The position numbers and the translations under genes are program-made. Below the pieces are notes generated by a model. It worked only from the letters and a program-made list of their open reading frames with translations. It ran no database searches and was not told the DNA's origin. 64,000 bases of DNA from the human T2T-CHM13v2.0 reference genome, Homo sapiens, in the NCBI RefSeq assembly GCF_009914755.1, contig NC_060925.1. One strand, written 5' to 3'. Each line of letters starts with the position of its first letter. Positions within the stretch are counted from its first letter, which is position 1. Below, piece after piece: positions 32,017 through 49,625 of this stretch.

Positions 32017-32833
32017 TCAAAAAAAAAACAACAACAACAACAACAACAAAAAAGAGGTTTATCGGGGAGTGCTTTTAAAATTAACTCCCAGGGGAAGGGA
32101 AGGGAGCATGATGGGGCAACAGGAGAAGTTAAGCTGTGATGTAGTCACATCAAAAGCCTGAACCAATCCCACTGGTCCTGTGGAGCTGAGATGGCTCATA
32201 GCCATCCCACACTGGGGCAAGGGGGCTAGATATTTATACACCCTGTCTTTACTAGTTGTGTTCAACAGCTGAGGGCAATCTCCAGAGAGGGCCTCAGCTA
32301 CCAGCTGTGAGTTGTCAACACTCTGAGCGAATGAGGAAATAAGTGACCCAGTCCCGAAAGGGGTTGGAAGTGGGTATCTGAGGGGCACACCACAGCATCC
32401 TCTCTGAGAGAGTCATTCTTGACCTAAAGCAGGATCCAAGTGCAGACCCAAAGCAGAACTCATACCTTGAGTGTGTGGTTCAAATGCCACTCAGTAAACA
32501 TGTAGGATTCTTTCAAAACTCATGTATTGTTGGAGTTGGAAAGCCCTTAGAGGATATTCCGTTTCAGACCCCACTCGTCATGGATGAGAAATTTAGACAC
32601 AGTTTGACCCAAACAGAGCTTTTGACTTCCAGTATTGCTCTTTCTGCTATGGCTTTCTGGTTTTGACTTTATAAAATTCTGAAAATCTTTCTCTTTCTAT
32701 CTGCTGAAGGAGTCTAAATGGTGATACTTAATTTGGCAAAAAACCAATTACATCTTTGTTATTATCTCAGGATGCAAGAGATGGAATGGCGATTGAACAG
32801 TGATCACCTCCACAAAAGAAAGTTATCAGTGAT

Positions 32834-33125
32834 GGTCTGGGCAGGGTGGCTCACGCCTGTAATCCCAGCACTTTGGGAGGCCAAGGCGGGAGGATTGCCT
32901 GAGCTCAGGAGTTCGCGACCAGCCTGGGCAACACAGTGGAAACCCGTCTCTACTAAAATAAAAAAAATTAGCTGGGCATGGCGGCATGTGCCTGTAGTCT
33001 CAGCTACTTGAGAGACTGAGGCAGGATAATTGCTTGAACTCAGGAGGCGGAGGTTGCAGTGAGCCGAGATTGTGCCACTGCTCTCCAGCCTGGGTGACAG
33101 AGCAAGATGCCGTCTGAAAAAAAAG
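32834..33125 (+). mobile_element. AluS
   Basis: Long TSD aaaagaaagttatcagtgat. Confidence 0.93.
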
Positions 33126-33319
33126 AAAGTTATCAGTGATGGATATAAAGTATCATTTTATGTAATAGTCATAAAGCATTAAATTATTTATCCTCAATTG
33201 TTAAGCTGGGTGATATGTACATGGGACTTTAGGGCTTATTGTGTTATTTTACATGCAATTTTATATGTTTAAATTTTTCCTTAATAAAAACTTGACAAAA
33301 TTATTTAGCCCTTGTTTGT

Positions 33320-33443
33320 TTGTTTTAAAGAGATAGGGTCTCACTATGTTGCCCAGGCGGATCGTGAACTCCCGGGCTCAAGCAATCTCCTGCCTTGGCC
33401 TCCCAAAGTGTTGGGATTAGAGGCATGGGCCACTGTGCCCGGT
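33320..33443 (-). mobile_element. Alu left monomer (FLAM-like)
   Basis: Single antisense Alu left arm. Confidence 0.8.
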
Positions 33444-33797
33444 CTCCCTTGTTTTCCTATAAATACATGATGCCTAGTCTATACATTGAAAGAAATTTAT
33501 TTCCTCTAAATATAAATGATTTAACAGTCATTTATGTAGCACTTACTCTGGGCTTAAACACTGTGCTAAGTTCCAAAGAAAGAAACAAAGATGAATTCGA
33601 CAGGTTAATCAATTTTTTGCAAGTGAAATAAAACCTGACATTTGTAGTCCTAAATAATTGGGGTTTCATTTTCTTAAACTCTAAGAAGTCTGGAGAAATA
33701 TAGTCCAGAGATAGTGTAGTGCCTTAATGACATCATCAAAGACCTAGGTCCTCCTTTTCCCCCAGGTATTTCTGGGAGTCATTGGGAGTCATCAGAT

Positions 33798-34345
33798 AAG
33801 GTTGCCAGATAAAATACAGGACACACAGTTAAAATAAAATACAGGACACGCAGTTAAATTTGAGTTTCAGGTAAATAACAAATAATTCCTCTTAGCATGA
33901 CTATATCCCATGCAATATTTGGGATATATGTATACTAAACATTTTTTTTATATTCATCTGGAATTCAATATTAACTAAGTGTCCTGGGTTGTTTTGTTTT
34001 GTTTTGTTTTTTTGCTTTGTTTCTTTTTTTGAGATGGAATCTCACTCTGTTGCCTAGGCTGGAGTGCAGTAGTGGATCTCGACTCACTGAAACTTCTGCC
34101 TACTGGGTTCAAGCGGTACCCTTTCCTCACCCTCCCAAGTAGCTGGGACTACAGGTGTGCGCCACCATGCCCAGCTAATTTTTTTATATTTTCAGTAGAA
34201 ATGGGGTTTCACCATGTTAGCCAGGCTGGTCTTGAACTCCTGACGTCAGGTGATCCGCTCACCTCAACCTCCCAATGTGCTGGGATTACAGGCCTGAGCC
34301 ACCGTGCCTGGCCCTCTGTTTTTATTTGTTAAATCTTGCAATGCT
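33798..34345 (+). mobile_element. MER33 interrupted by an antisense Alu (33990-34313)
   Basis: ggttgccagataaaatacaggacac..cagttaaatttga with a local tandem duplication. Confidence 0.78.
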
Positions 34346-35379
34346 CCCTTTAGGGAGCAGCTCACATGTGTTCATGACAAATACTATCAGTTACTCCCTC
34401 AGCCCATGTTTTCTAGAAAAACAGAGCAGAGGCAAGCCTCACATGCTACAGCTCAATGTAAATCCCAGGGCGGGGGCAAGGCAGGGAAGGAAGGAAAGCA
34501 AATGCAAGGTGGCACTTGGATTAGCAGCCCACAGCTTCCAAGGAAAGAGAGCAGCTGCTCAGCTGTGCAGAATGTTGTCTAGACAGGCCCTGTAGAAACC
34601 CATGCCCTGGAAATGTCCCTCTTAGTGAAAAAGGAGAGGGCTATATCTGCCAGGTCTTTCACCTTCTGTCATTGTTAAGATTCACTATACAGGGTGTTGG
34701 TTCCCCTACTCTTCTGGTTGAGTTATGTGGCTACTCTATGCAGTTAATAGGGAGGCCAGATCCCATGTCCTCCAATGTGGTCTTCACCTGAGCCCAGAAG
34801 TGTGAGAGGAGCCACAGCAGCTGTGGGTCTAGTCAGGAAAAATTTGGACACCTGTGCTGTCCCCATAAGCATTATAGAAGCCATGTAGAAGCAGGCTGTC
34901 TCCAGGGGGAGGCTGAAGCTGCTGGCAGTATGAGGAGATGAAGTGATGATGACCACAGCAGCAAGCACACTGGCAGCCACAGCCCTGGGGCGAGGAGACT
35001 GGTGTACGCATCACATGGACCATGTTCTCACCTCCTCCTGCTAGAGCTTCCTCTGCTGGGGATCTCCTGCAGACACTACTGCCCTTGCAAGATATCACTA
35101 CTTCTTCTGGCCTCTTCACATGCATCTGAAGGGGCCACTGTGGCAGACCCCACAATTCCTGGCAGGGGGCTTCTGCCACCTTCTGTGCCACTGGAGCCCC
35201 TAAATGCTATGGTAGAAAAGGAAGATGGCCTCTCTTTTCCTGAATTTGTTTCATACTATTTTAGGTGGTTACCTTTGGGGACATTTTCCGAATCAAGTGT
35301 CAGCAAAATCACACTCAAACCGACCATGGCAAAAAATAAGTAAGCAACCAAAAGGAAGATACTATTTATGTTACTGAAG

Positions 35380-36622
<1,243 letters not shown>

Positions 36623-37411
36623 ATCCCAAGAGGAGCTTTACGTTCAGATGTGGCTGGGCTCAGAGCTCGAGTGTTGTCTTCTGGGTTCTTTCTAACTCTT
36701 TGCTCTGCCCTTCCCTGTGTTGCCAGCATTCTTAGGCTCTAGGCAGGGGCAAACCATCATAACCTAACGGCCTCCAAGGCAGTACAAGGAAAGCCTCTCT
36801 TCTGGGAGTTCTGCAGAGGAGTCTTGGGTTTCTTCTCATCAGACCAGCTCAGGCAAGGAGCCCACTCCTAAGCCAGGGAATGAACTATGCCCACTGCCCA
36901 AGGCTGAGTCATGTGTTGCACCCCAACAACATGACTAGGAGAGGGCGGGGAAGTCAGGGAGTGTTGCTGCACCAAGGGAGAGGATGCTGGGAGATAAACA
37001 AAGAAATATTGGCCGCAGATTGGCCACAAACAAAGAAGGACTGCTTGTGCCTCCACTCCTCAAAGAGTTTTAATGTACACCCCCCTTCTCTATAGGACCA
37101 AGCTGTAAGTTCCTGGGGACTGTTCCTGGGGCAGACTAACAGAAGAAAGCAATCTTAGTCAAAATCTTCCCTCTCCAACAACTAAGCCTGCTTACTGAGT
37201 CAGGCTCATGAGCTCCCCGCTACCAACCAAGCTGTCGACGTAGAATCAAGCAATGTACTTTCGGGTGCATTTGCTCCCAAAAGGTGTGGTCAGTATCTCA
37301 CGCAGAAAGATTGTTTGGCCTTGTGATCCAGGAGAAACCACTCTGATCTTTGCTGATCCCAGGCCCCTCTGTGATCAGGTACAGGAGATCAGAACCCTCA
37401 AATAACAGGCT

Positions 37412-38092
<681 letters not shown>

Positions 38093-38373
38093 AGGCTAAA
38101 GGTTTTCTACAATCAGATTTATCTTAAGTCTATCCTAAATATAAAGCTGATTCATAGTTAGGAGGACAATTCTCTATTCCCATAAATAATAGGTCAGTTT
38201 ATATAATAAACAGTTTATAAACTCCAGGTTGCTTTCATACGTGACAGATCTGGTTTTTTGGATCAATATTCCCTACCAGAAGCATGTGGGTTTTGAACCC
38301 AGCCCCAGTTCATGACTTATATGTGAAACACCTTGTGGGGAAGTCTGTAAGAATCAACATAAGAATGTGTCCT

Positions 38374-38676
38374 TGTCCGGGTGGAGTGGCTCATGCCTGT
38401 AATCCCAGCACTTTGGGAGGCCAAGACAGGCAGATTACCTGAGGTCAGGAATTCAAGACCAGGCTGGCCAACATGCTGAAACCCCATCTCTACTAAAAAT
38501 ACAAAAATTAGCCAGGTGTGGTGGCAGGTGCTGTAATAATCACTACTCAGGAGGCTGAGGTAGGAAAATTGCTTGAACCCGGGAAGCAGAGGTTGCAGTG
38601 AGCCGAGGTTGCGCCACTGCATTCCAGCCTGAGCAACAGAGTGAGTGTCCATCTCAAAAAAAAAAAAAAAAAAAAA
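38374..38676 (+). mobile_element. AluS
   Basis: Alu body and A-tail; TSD-like aaga(a)tgtgtcct. Confidence 0.92.
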
Positions 38677-38803
38677 GATGTGTCCTTTATTTAAAAATAT
38701 TTTTTCCTCAGCCTTTGCCTTTGAGCCTGTAGATAGGACAGGTTATCAGTCGGAGCTGTGCAGACTTAATCTTGATGCTTGGTCATTCAAAGCGCTGACA
38801 AAG

Positions 38804-39355
38804 CTCTTCCACAGGAGGCCTGCGCACTGCCACTCATGCTGCCACCGTGTCTTGAGTGATCACTGAGAAGTTCAAGCCATGTTTTGTGAGTACTCAACCC
38901 CAACATCAATGTGTAGCAGAAAATAGCCCTTGCCATCACTGCCATTAAGGGTGTGAGCTGAACTTATGCTCGTGTGGAGTTGAAAAAGCAGACATCGGCT
39001 TCCCCAAGAGGGCAGGAGAATTCACTGAGGATGAGGTGGAATGCCCTGAGGATCACCATGATGCAGAATCCACGCCAGTACAAGAACCCAGACTAGTTCC
39101 TGAACAGACAGAAGGATGTAAAGGATGGAAACTATAGCTAGGTCCTGGTCTGGAAAACAAGCTCTGTGAAGACCTGGAGCGACTGAAGAAGATTCAGGTC
39201 GATAGAAGGCTATGCCACTTCTGGGACCTTTGTGTCTGAGGCCAGCATGCCAAGACCACTGGCTGCCATGGCTGTACTGTGAGTGGATTCAGGAAAAAGT
39301 AAGTTTGTAGGCCTTGTCTGTATATATACTTAAAAAAATAAAAATAAAATAAAAT
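38804..39355 (+). pseudogene. RPS18P: Processed pseudogene of ribosomal protein S18 (uS13)
   Basis: Begins with the TOP tract ctcttccacaggaggcc. Decayed CDS 38847-39302 (KIALAITAIKGV; KRAGEFTEDEVE; MQNPRQYKNPD*FLNRQKDVKDG; EDLERLKKI). ATG>GTG, TGG>TAG at 39094, frameshifts, no introns, A-rich tail 39332-39355. Pseudogene number not known. Confidence 0.93.
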
Positions 39356-39556
39356 CCTGGTATCACCTTAAAGTTTAGGATAAGGTCACTATGAAAAGAT
39401 CCCAAGCCACACTATGAATTATACAAATGACAGCACTATTTATATACAGTAGATGGACAGAAATGACAAAGTCTGGCTAAACCAAATGTCAATAACGTAT
39501 TATACATGACTGTGGGAATGTAAATTGGTTTAGCCACTGTGAAAAACAATTTGTCG

Positions 39557-39873
<317 letters not shown>

Positions 39874-40188
39874 CAATTTGTCATTGTCTTCTATAGTTAG
39901 ACACATATCCTCCACCCGCCTCTCCATTCATCATGGACATAATACCCTAGAGAAACTGTTGCTCATGTATGCCCACCAAGAAACATGTTGAGGGCAGTAA
40001 TTTTTATATGACCAAAACAAAACAGAACAGAACCTACCCAAATTCCATCAACAGGAGAATAGATAAATAACTTGTGAAATGCTTACCCAGTGGAATATTA
40101 TACAACAATGAAAAACTATCTCTCTAGCTGGGCACAGTTGCATGTGCCTGTAGTCTCAGCAACTCAGGAGGCTGAGGTGGGAGGATCA

Positions 40189-40311
<123 letters not shown>

Positions 40312-41359
40312 TCACCAGCTACCTGTATCAACATGAATGCATCTTGGAAATATAATGTAGTGGGAAAAAGAAAGTCAAGTTGCAGAAGGCAATCCACCAT
40401 ATAATCCCTTTTTTGAAGCTCAAAAAAGAAGTAAGATTAATATATAGTTTGTACACATATACATCTGTAGTAAAACTATTTTTTAAAAGGCCAAATTAAT
40501 TAAAATGTAAAAGTAGGATAGTATGACTTCTCATGGGGAGGTGGAGGGCTGAAAGGAGAAGCACGCAGGTGGTTTAGATGGTACTGGACATAAATTGGTT
40601 TATAAACTGGGCGGTGGGTGCACAGATTTGATTATGTTATTATGCTTCATAAACATATAAGCTACACATTTGCTTTGCATCCATCAAACATTACAACATG
40701 AAGAAAATTCCTTAAGTCATGTGGGAAAAAAGCAAGTGTAGTCATATTTACATTCCAACATAAACCAAGGAATTATTTGTGAGAATGCTTTGTGATATCT
40801 CAAGCCCCTTTCACTTTTTAACGTTTGTAATCTTTGACCCCCACTGCATCCCTTCTTGCAATGACTGTAAAATGCCACACTAATATGGAACAAAGCAGAA
40901 TAGAAGTCAGGATAAGCATGGAGTCCTGATAGATTAGGTAACAATTTGGAGTAGGAGACATAAATCTTGTTTGGAAAGAAACACTCAAAATGTTAACCAA
41001 GGCAGCACTTGAGGTAGGATTGGAGGAAGGAGGCGTTTCAACAGGAGGACGCTTCACTTTTTACTCTTCTGTGCTGCTTGGGTTTGTTACAATAAGGGTA
41101 CGTTACACATGTAAAAATTTCATAACAGTAGAAATGGAAAAAAGCAGAGGGATTTTGACCCCACACCTTTTCAGTGTGTATCTCATGAATTGCTTTTGCT
41201 TTCAGGTAAGGAGGAAGCATGTGCATTTGTTATTGAAATCAGAAAGACTTTTTCTAAGAAAGGTGACATGGCTTTGACATTGCCAACTAAGTTTTATCAT
41301 AGTATCATGTCTAGCTTCAACAGACAATTGCTTTTGTCTCCTAATCTATGTCCACAAAT

Positions 41360-42175
<816 letters not shown>

Positions 42176-42338
42176 CTAATGGCTTTAGTTTACCTACTCT
42201 AAAGTCAAAAAATTTGGCAGACATCCTTTAACATAAATTAGCTTTAGCAGCAATTCTATACAGCAGGTCAAAACATTCATTTACTCAGGGACCGCAATTC
42301 CAAACTAATTTGTCCTAGAGGGTTTACCAGGAAACTAC

Positions 42339-42741
42339 TGTTAAAATAAAATCCTTAGGCAAATTAAATTTAACAGAGTTTAATTCAGCAAAGAACGATT
42401 TGTGAATCGGGCAGCCTCCCAAGCCAGAGTAGGCTCCGAGACTCCAGCACTGACATGTGATGGAAGATTTATAGACAGAAAAAGGAAAGTGCTCTATAAA
42501 AAACTGAAGTGAGGGACAAAACAGCCAGATGGGTTACAGCTCAGTGTTCGCCTTATTTGAACACGGTTGGAACTGTTGGCCACCTTTGACTGGCTAAAAC
42601 TTGGTGATTGGCACAAGAGTAAGCTACAGTCTGTTTACAAGTCCATTTAGGTTATAGTTCATGATATATAGAGAAACCTTTAGGTCGAACTTAAGATATT
42701 TATATGTAAGGAGGCAGCTTTAGGCTAAACTCATTTTAACT
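42339..42741 (-). mobile_element. MER57-type ERV1 solo LTR
   Basis: Minus strand gtttagcctaaagctgcctccttacat..., TATAAAT (42473-42467), ATTAAA (42384-42379); flanks ctac/ctat. Confidence 0.85.
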
Positions 42742-43965
42742 CTATATTTTAAAATTAAGTTAAGGTGTTTTACTGAGAGATGTTTGTCCAAGTGAGCAAT
42801 CTTGAGCATCTGCTTTGAATTTTTTCCCCAGCTAGAGTTATCATAGACCTGCTTAAGGTAGTGTCCTGTCCCAGTTGTTTCTTGAGTAATTGTTTAAAAT
42901 GCAGATTCATTGGCCTACTCTAGAACACTAGAATCAAAAATCCATAGAGAGATTCCTGGGACTCTGCATTTTTAACAAATATCCTAGTACAGCCTATGCA
43001 CTATAACATTCGAGAATTTTTAGATGCCTCTCTCTTTCTCTCATAAGCTAAAGGAGCCAAACTGTTCTTCGAAAGAGACTTTGGCTTCTGTTTTTGGGGT
43101 ACCCACTTAATCTACCTTCTGCTGCTTCTTTTGAGATGTTACAACTTCACACTCTGCCATGTTCAGTTTTATCAAATGCCCAGTTAGGAGAAATAATATC
43201 TGTGGTGGATTTCCTAAGAACATGCAGTCCATTCATATTGGGGTTTTTTTTTAAGCTATTCTAAATTGTACCCTTGAAATGCATCTGAGTATCAAAGAAT
43301 TGCCTACTGGAATTGTACTATTTGTCCTTTTGTTTGGTTTTGTTTTTATTGAATTGTACCCCAGAGTTACAATATCAGCTTACTTCAAACACAGTTATAA
43401 GAAAGAACAGGAGGAAATGTGTTACTATCGCTCTTGTAGGGCTATGTTGAGATGTCTCCCTCTATAAAACAGTACTTTCCTTATGAGCACCCATAAGAGA
43501 ATGTGTCAAGTCTCAATATCAGAAAGCATAATACTTCCAAAGAGCAACTGGTTTCTTTTAATCTAATGGAGATGATAAAAACAATTATTAATTATTTTTC
43601 CCTTTCGCTTTGGTTTCTGAGAGTTTTCACAATGAAATGTCTTGTGACCTACCTTGAGCAAATATACAGGACTCTATGTTATACATTACTTTTTATTATT
43701 TTCCTTCATCATATCCCTTAAGAGTATATTGTATGATTATTTACTGTATGTGTTTTAATGAATGATTGCTAATTCTTTGTGGAGAGAGCAGGGAGGGGAG
43801 GATAGATGGAGAGGAACCTAGATCTTTTAAATCCAAGTCTGGTTTTCTCTTGGTTATATCATAGCGCTTCAATCTCTGCACATCTACACTCACCCCAACA
43901 CACACTCAAAAAAGAAGAGGCAAAATTTTAAAACCACATAAATGAGCAAAATAAAAATGCCATGA

Positions 43966-44290
<325 letters not shown>

Positions 44291-44610
44291 AACATAACTA
44301 TTTCTAAAAGTTGATAGGAAGCGTAGAGAGAGGAAGGGAAAAAAGCAAATGAAGGGAAAATAATAAAAGACATGGAAAAGAAAGTATAAAAGAAAAAACA
44401 AACATGGTAAAGAAGTAAGGACCATTTTCTGATTATTATTGTTATTACATATATTTTCCTCATCATATCCCTTGAAACAAAATTTCTAGACTTTCCAGGC
44501 TAGCACAGGACATCAGCTCCCCTCAGCATGCATGAGAGTATAGTCATCCCTGGGTATCCATGGGGGATTGATTCCAGGATTCCCAGCAGATACCAAAATC
44601 CATGGATGCC

Positions 44611-46884
44611 TGTATTAGTCCGATTCCACTCTGCTGATAAAGACATACTTGAGACTGGGAAGAAAAAGATGTTTAATTGGACTTACAGTTCCACATGGCT
44701 GGGAGGTTGAAATCATGGCGGAGGGTGAAAGACATTTCTTACATGATGGCGGCAAGAGAGGAGAGGAAGAAGCAAAAGCAGAAACCGCTGATAAACCCAT
44801 CAGATCCATGAGACTTATTCACTATCACGAGAACAGCAAGGGAAAGACCAGCCTCCACGATTCAATTACCTCCCCCTGGTTCCCTCCCACAACATGGGGG
44901 AATTCTGGGAGACACAATTCAAATTGAGATTTGGGTGGGGACACAGCCAAACCATATCATTCTGCACCTGGCCCCTCCAAATCTCATGTCCTCACATTTC
45001 AAAACCAATCATGCCTTCCCAACAGTCTCCGAAAGTCTTAACTCCTTTCAGCATTAACCCAAAATTCCACAGTCGAAAGTATCATTTGAGACAAGGCAAG
45101 TCCCTTCCACCTATGAGCCTGTAAAATCAAAAGCAAGCTAGTTACTTCCTAGATACAATCGGGGTACAGGTATTAGGTAAATACAGCCATTCCAAATGGG
45201 AGAAATTGGGCAAAACAAAGGGGTTACAGGGCCCATGCAAGTCTGAAACCCAGTGGGGCAGTCAAATTCTAAAGCTCCAAAATGCTCTGCTTTGACTCCA
45301 CGTCTCACAACCAGGTCATGCTGATGCAAGAGGTGGGTTCCCATGGTCTTGGGCAGCTTTGCCTCTGTAACAGCCTCCCTTCTGGCTGCTTTCACAGGCT
45401 GGCGTTGAGTATCTGCAGTTTTTCCACACACATGGTGCAAGCTGTCAGTGATCTACCATTCTGGGGTCTGGAGGACAGTGGCCCTCTTCTCACAGCTCCA
45501 CTAAGCAGTGCCCCAGTAGGGACTCTATTTGGGGGCTCCAGCCCCACATTTCCCTTCTGCGCTGCTCTAGCAGAGGCTCTCCATGAGGGCCCTGCCCCTG
45601 CAGCAAACTTTTTCCTGGGCATCCAGGCATTTCCGTACATCTTCTGAAATCTAGGCGAAGGTTCCCAAACCTCAATTCTTGACTTCTGTGTACCTGCAAA
45701 CTCAATACCACATGGAAGCTGCCAAGGCTTAGGGCTTTCACCCTCTGAAGCCACAGCCTGAACTCTATGTTGGTCCCTTTCAGCCATGGCTGGAGCAGCT
45801 GGGACACAGGGAACCAAGTCCCTAGGCTGCACACAGCACGGGGACCCTGGGCTTGGCCCACAAAACCACTTTCTCTCCTGGGCCTCCGGACCTGTGATGG
45901 GAGGGGCTGCAGTGAAGACCTCTGACATGCCTTGGAGACATTTTCCCCATGGTCGTGGGGATTAACGTTAGGCTCTTGCTACTTATGCAAATTTCTGCAG
46001 CTGGCTTAAATTTCTCCTCAGAAAATGGGTTTTTCTTTTCTATTCCATAGTCAGGCTCCAAATTTTCTGAACTTTTATGCTCTGTTTCCCTTTTAAAACT
46101 GAATGCCTTTAACAGCACCCAAGTCACCTCTTAAATGCTTTGCTGCTTAGAAATTTCTTCCACCAGATACCCTAAATCATCTCTCTCAAGTTCAAAGTTC
46201 CACAAATCTCTAGGGCAGAGGCAAAATGCCACCAGTCTGTTTGCTAAGACATACAAGAGTCACCTTTGCTCCAGTTCCCAAAAAGTTCCTCATCTCCATC
46301 TGAGGCCACCTCAGCCTGGATTTTATTTTTCATATTGCTATCAGTATTTTGGGCAAAGCCATTCAACAAGTCTCCAGGAAGTTTCAAGCCTTCCCACATT
46401 TTCCTGGCTTCTTCTGAGCCCTCCAAACTGTTTCAACCTCTGCCTGTTACCCAGTTCCAAAGTTGCTTCCACATTTTCCACATTTGCTGAGTATCTTTTC
46501 AGCAACGCCCCACTCTACTGGTACCAATTTACTGTATTAGTCCATTTTCATGCTGCTGATGAAGACATACCCAAAACTAGGAAGAAAAAGAGGTTTAATG
46601 GATTTACAGTTCCACATGGCTGGGGAGGCCTCAGAATCATGGCAGAGGGCAAAAGTCGCCTTTTACATGGCGGCAGCAAGAGAGAAGAAGAAGAAGCAAA
46701 AGCAGAAACCCCTAATAAACCCATCAGATCTTGTGAAACTTATTCACTATCACGAGAATAGCATGAGAAAGACCAGCCCCCATGATTCAATTACCTCCTC
46801 CTGGTTCCCTCCCACAACATGTAGGAATTCTGGGAGATAGAATTCAAGTTGAGATTTGGGTGGGGACACAGCCAAACCGTATCA
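44611..46884 (-). mobile_element. Two-LTR THE1 MaLR (LTRs 44611-44959 and 46533-46884) inserted in a MER2-like element (~44540-47440)
   Basis: Paired LTRs tgtattagtcc...aaacc.tatca around THE1-int. Perfect 5-bp TSD atgcc. Confidence 0.93.
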
Positions 46885-46914
46885 ATGCCCAAGTCCCTTA
46901 TATAAAATGGCATC

Positions 46915-47265
<351 letters not shown>

Positions 47266-48053
47266 TCACATCTGGACTACCTAATGCAATGCTTACACAT
47301 CACTTCATTTGCCTGGATTCAATGTAGTACTCAGTGCATGCAAATTCAAGTTTTGCTTTTTGAAACTTTGTGGAATTTTTTTCTCACACAATTTTGATCC
47401 GCAGTTGGTTGAATCCACAGATGCACAATTCATAGAATACCAACTATTCCAAGATTACTTCCCTTTAGTTTCTCCTGCAGGTCCTGGTACTTAGTAATTT
47501 GCCTCTGGGTGGAGTTCTGCAGATTTAGCAATTTTTCATCATTTCTTCCCAGCATGCTTCAAAGACATAGAAAGCAAAAGCGAAAACAAACAAAAGAAGC
47601 AAAAACAAAAGTGTTTCATAGTTTTAAGATTGTTTAAAATGTGCCTTTCTCCAGAGTTCAAAGGTGCGTTGTGCTCCTGACACATGAGGGCACTATTTCT
47701 GTAGTTTGTAATATTCATGGTACAGAAAGAATATTCATGTGGGAAGCTAGGTCTGCAGAACCGTGGCTAGGAACATGCAGAGAAAAATGGTTTGCTATGT
47801 GTTCTAGGCTCGCCAGGTTTTCCAAGTGTGACATGTCCTAATGTACCCTATGAACAATGCCAGGACTCTCGGGGCTGCAACCTGGCCTTCTGACCACAGG
47901 GTTGCTAGCTGGAACTTCCTTGAAATGAGGATGACCTCATCTCATTTAGCTCTGCAGGGATAGAACTAGTGTATTAAAACACCAGCTTTGGAGACTGACT
48001 GAGAATGAAAGATGAATGACCTAGAGCAAGCTGCTTAACCTTTTCTTGCTCTA

Positions 48054-48407
<354 letters not shown>

Positions 48408-49412
48408 TTAAGTGGGGGTAATCTATCTAAAGCGCCTGACACTTAGTTGGAACTCAATAAGGAGACACTAATAGTGTTTGTTACTTAGCAGTGCTGATGT
48501 ATAGTGATGCTCAGGACAAGTTTAAGCAAGCGAATGAATGAATAGGATGTGTAGAATCACACAGATTTTACCAAACTGAAGAAAACTAACACTTTCGAGC
48601 TTTTTTAGTGTTGAATCACTTCAGGGCAAAGTGATCAGCCAGTGTGCGGTAAGCCCTCTAAACTTCTGTTAGCCTTCTTGATTCCTTAACTGAACCGGTG
48701 AGAATGCTGAGGTCAGAGGAAAAAAGTGATGTGCCCCAGGCTTCAGAGCTGTTTAGGGGATCGGGATGAGACCCAAGGTCTCCTGAGGCCTAGCACAAAG
48801 CTTAACCCATAGGGACCTGCCTGGCTGGGCTGGGAGTTGAGGGGTTAACAGACTGATCCTAGAAAACAAATAGGCTTTTGGCTTGGTTTACCTGTGCTTG
48901 CTAGGCATATTGTTACCCAGCAGTGACCCCGTCTGAGTGTGGAAAGAGCTGAACCACAAGAGCATCCCAGCTTGCCCCAGGGCAGCCACCCAGGGTTGAC
49001 CTCTAATCTGAAGACATCTTTGGGGAGAGCTCTCACACACTTCCCCAAATATACTTCTATGTGCTTCTGTGTGTGTCACAAGAGGCCTTGGGTCACCTCC
49101 TTCCTTTGCGCAATGAGATCAAAAGAGCAGTTTCTGCTTCTGCTGTTGCTTCTTTCCTGTTACCACTTTCTTGGACTTTTCGGGGACTGTTGAATTCTTA
49201 GGACACAGCCCTGCTCTGGCCCTGGTGGGCTTCCTCTATTAGAAGGCTCCCCAGGGCTTCCTGACTGGAGCAGATGGCCCTCCCTTTCCCGGGTGAAACA
49301 GGCTGACCTGGGCAGGCCGGCCCCTCTGCCTTTGATCTGCAGGTGGGAGGCAATAAAAGGCACTTTCCACGTGCCTGCTATAACCATATTTTCCAAATTC
49401 AAAAGCAGGACT

Positions 49413-49478
49413 CAGGAGTCTCTCTGAGCCTACTCTGGTTTGAGAGGCTGCCTGTAAAAATAAATAAATTAAATAACT
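49413..49478 (+). mobile_element. Tiny retrocopy: 42-nt ERV1-LTR R-region fragment plus A-rich tail
   Basis: TSD aaaagcaggact (49401-49412) and aagagcaggact (49479-49490). Body is homologous to the minus strand of 42408-42447. Confidence 0.8.
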
Positions 49479-49625
49479 AAGAGCAGGACTTTACCCACCC
49501 CATACATATGTCCTTCTAAGGACTTTGAGACAAAAGATGGGAAATTGGACCATGCCAGGAAACCCAGGATGGCTGGCTGCCATACACAGGCCTCATGGAA
49601 AATTCTCTCCTCTGGGGGATGTCTG

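Noticed and set aside
44894-46840. ORF cluster up to 208 aa (also 54539-56144)
   Set aside because: Broken frames of THE1/MST internal regions; no intact gene.
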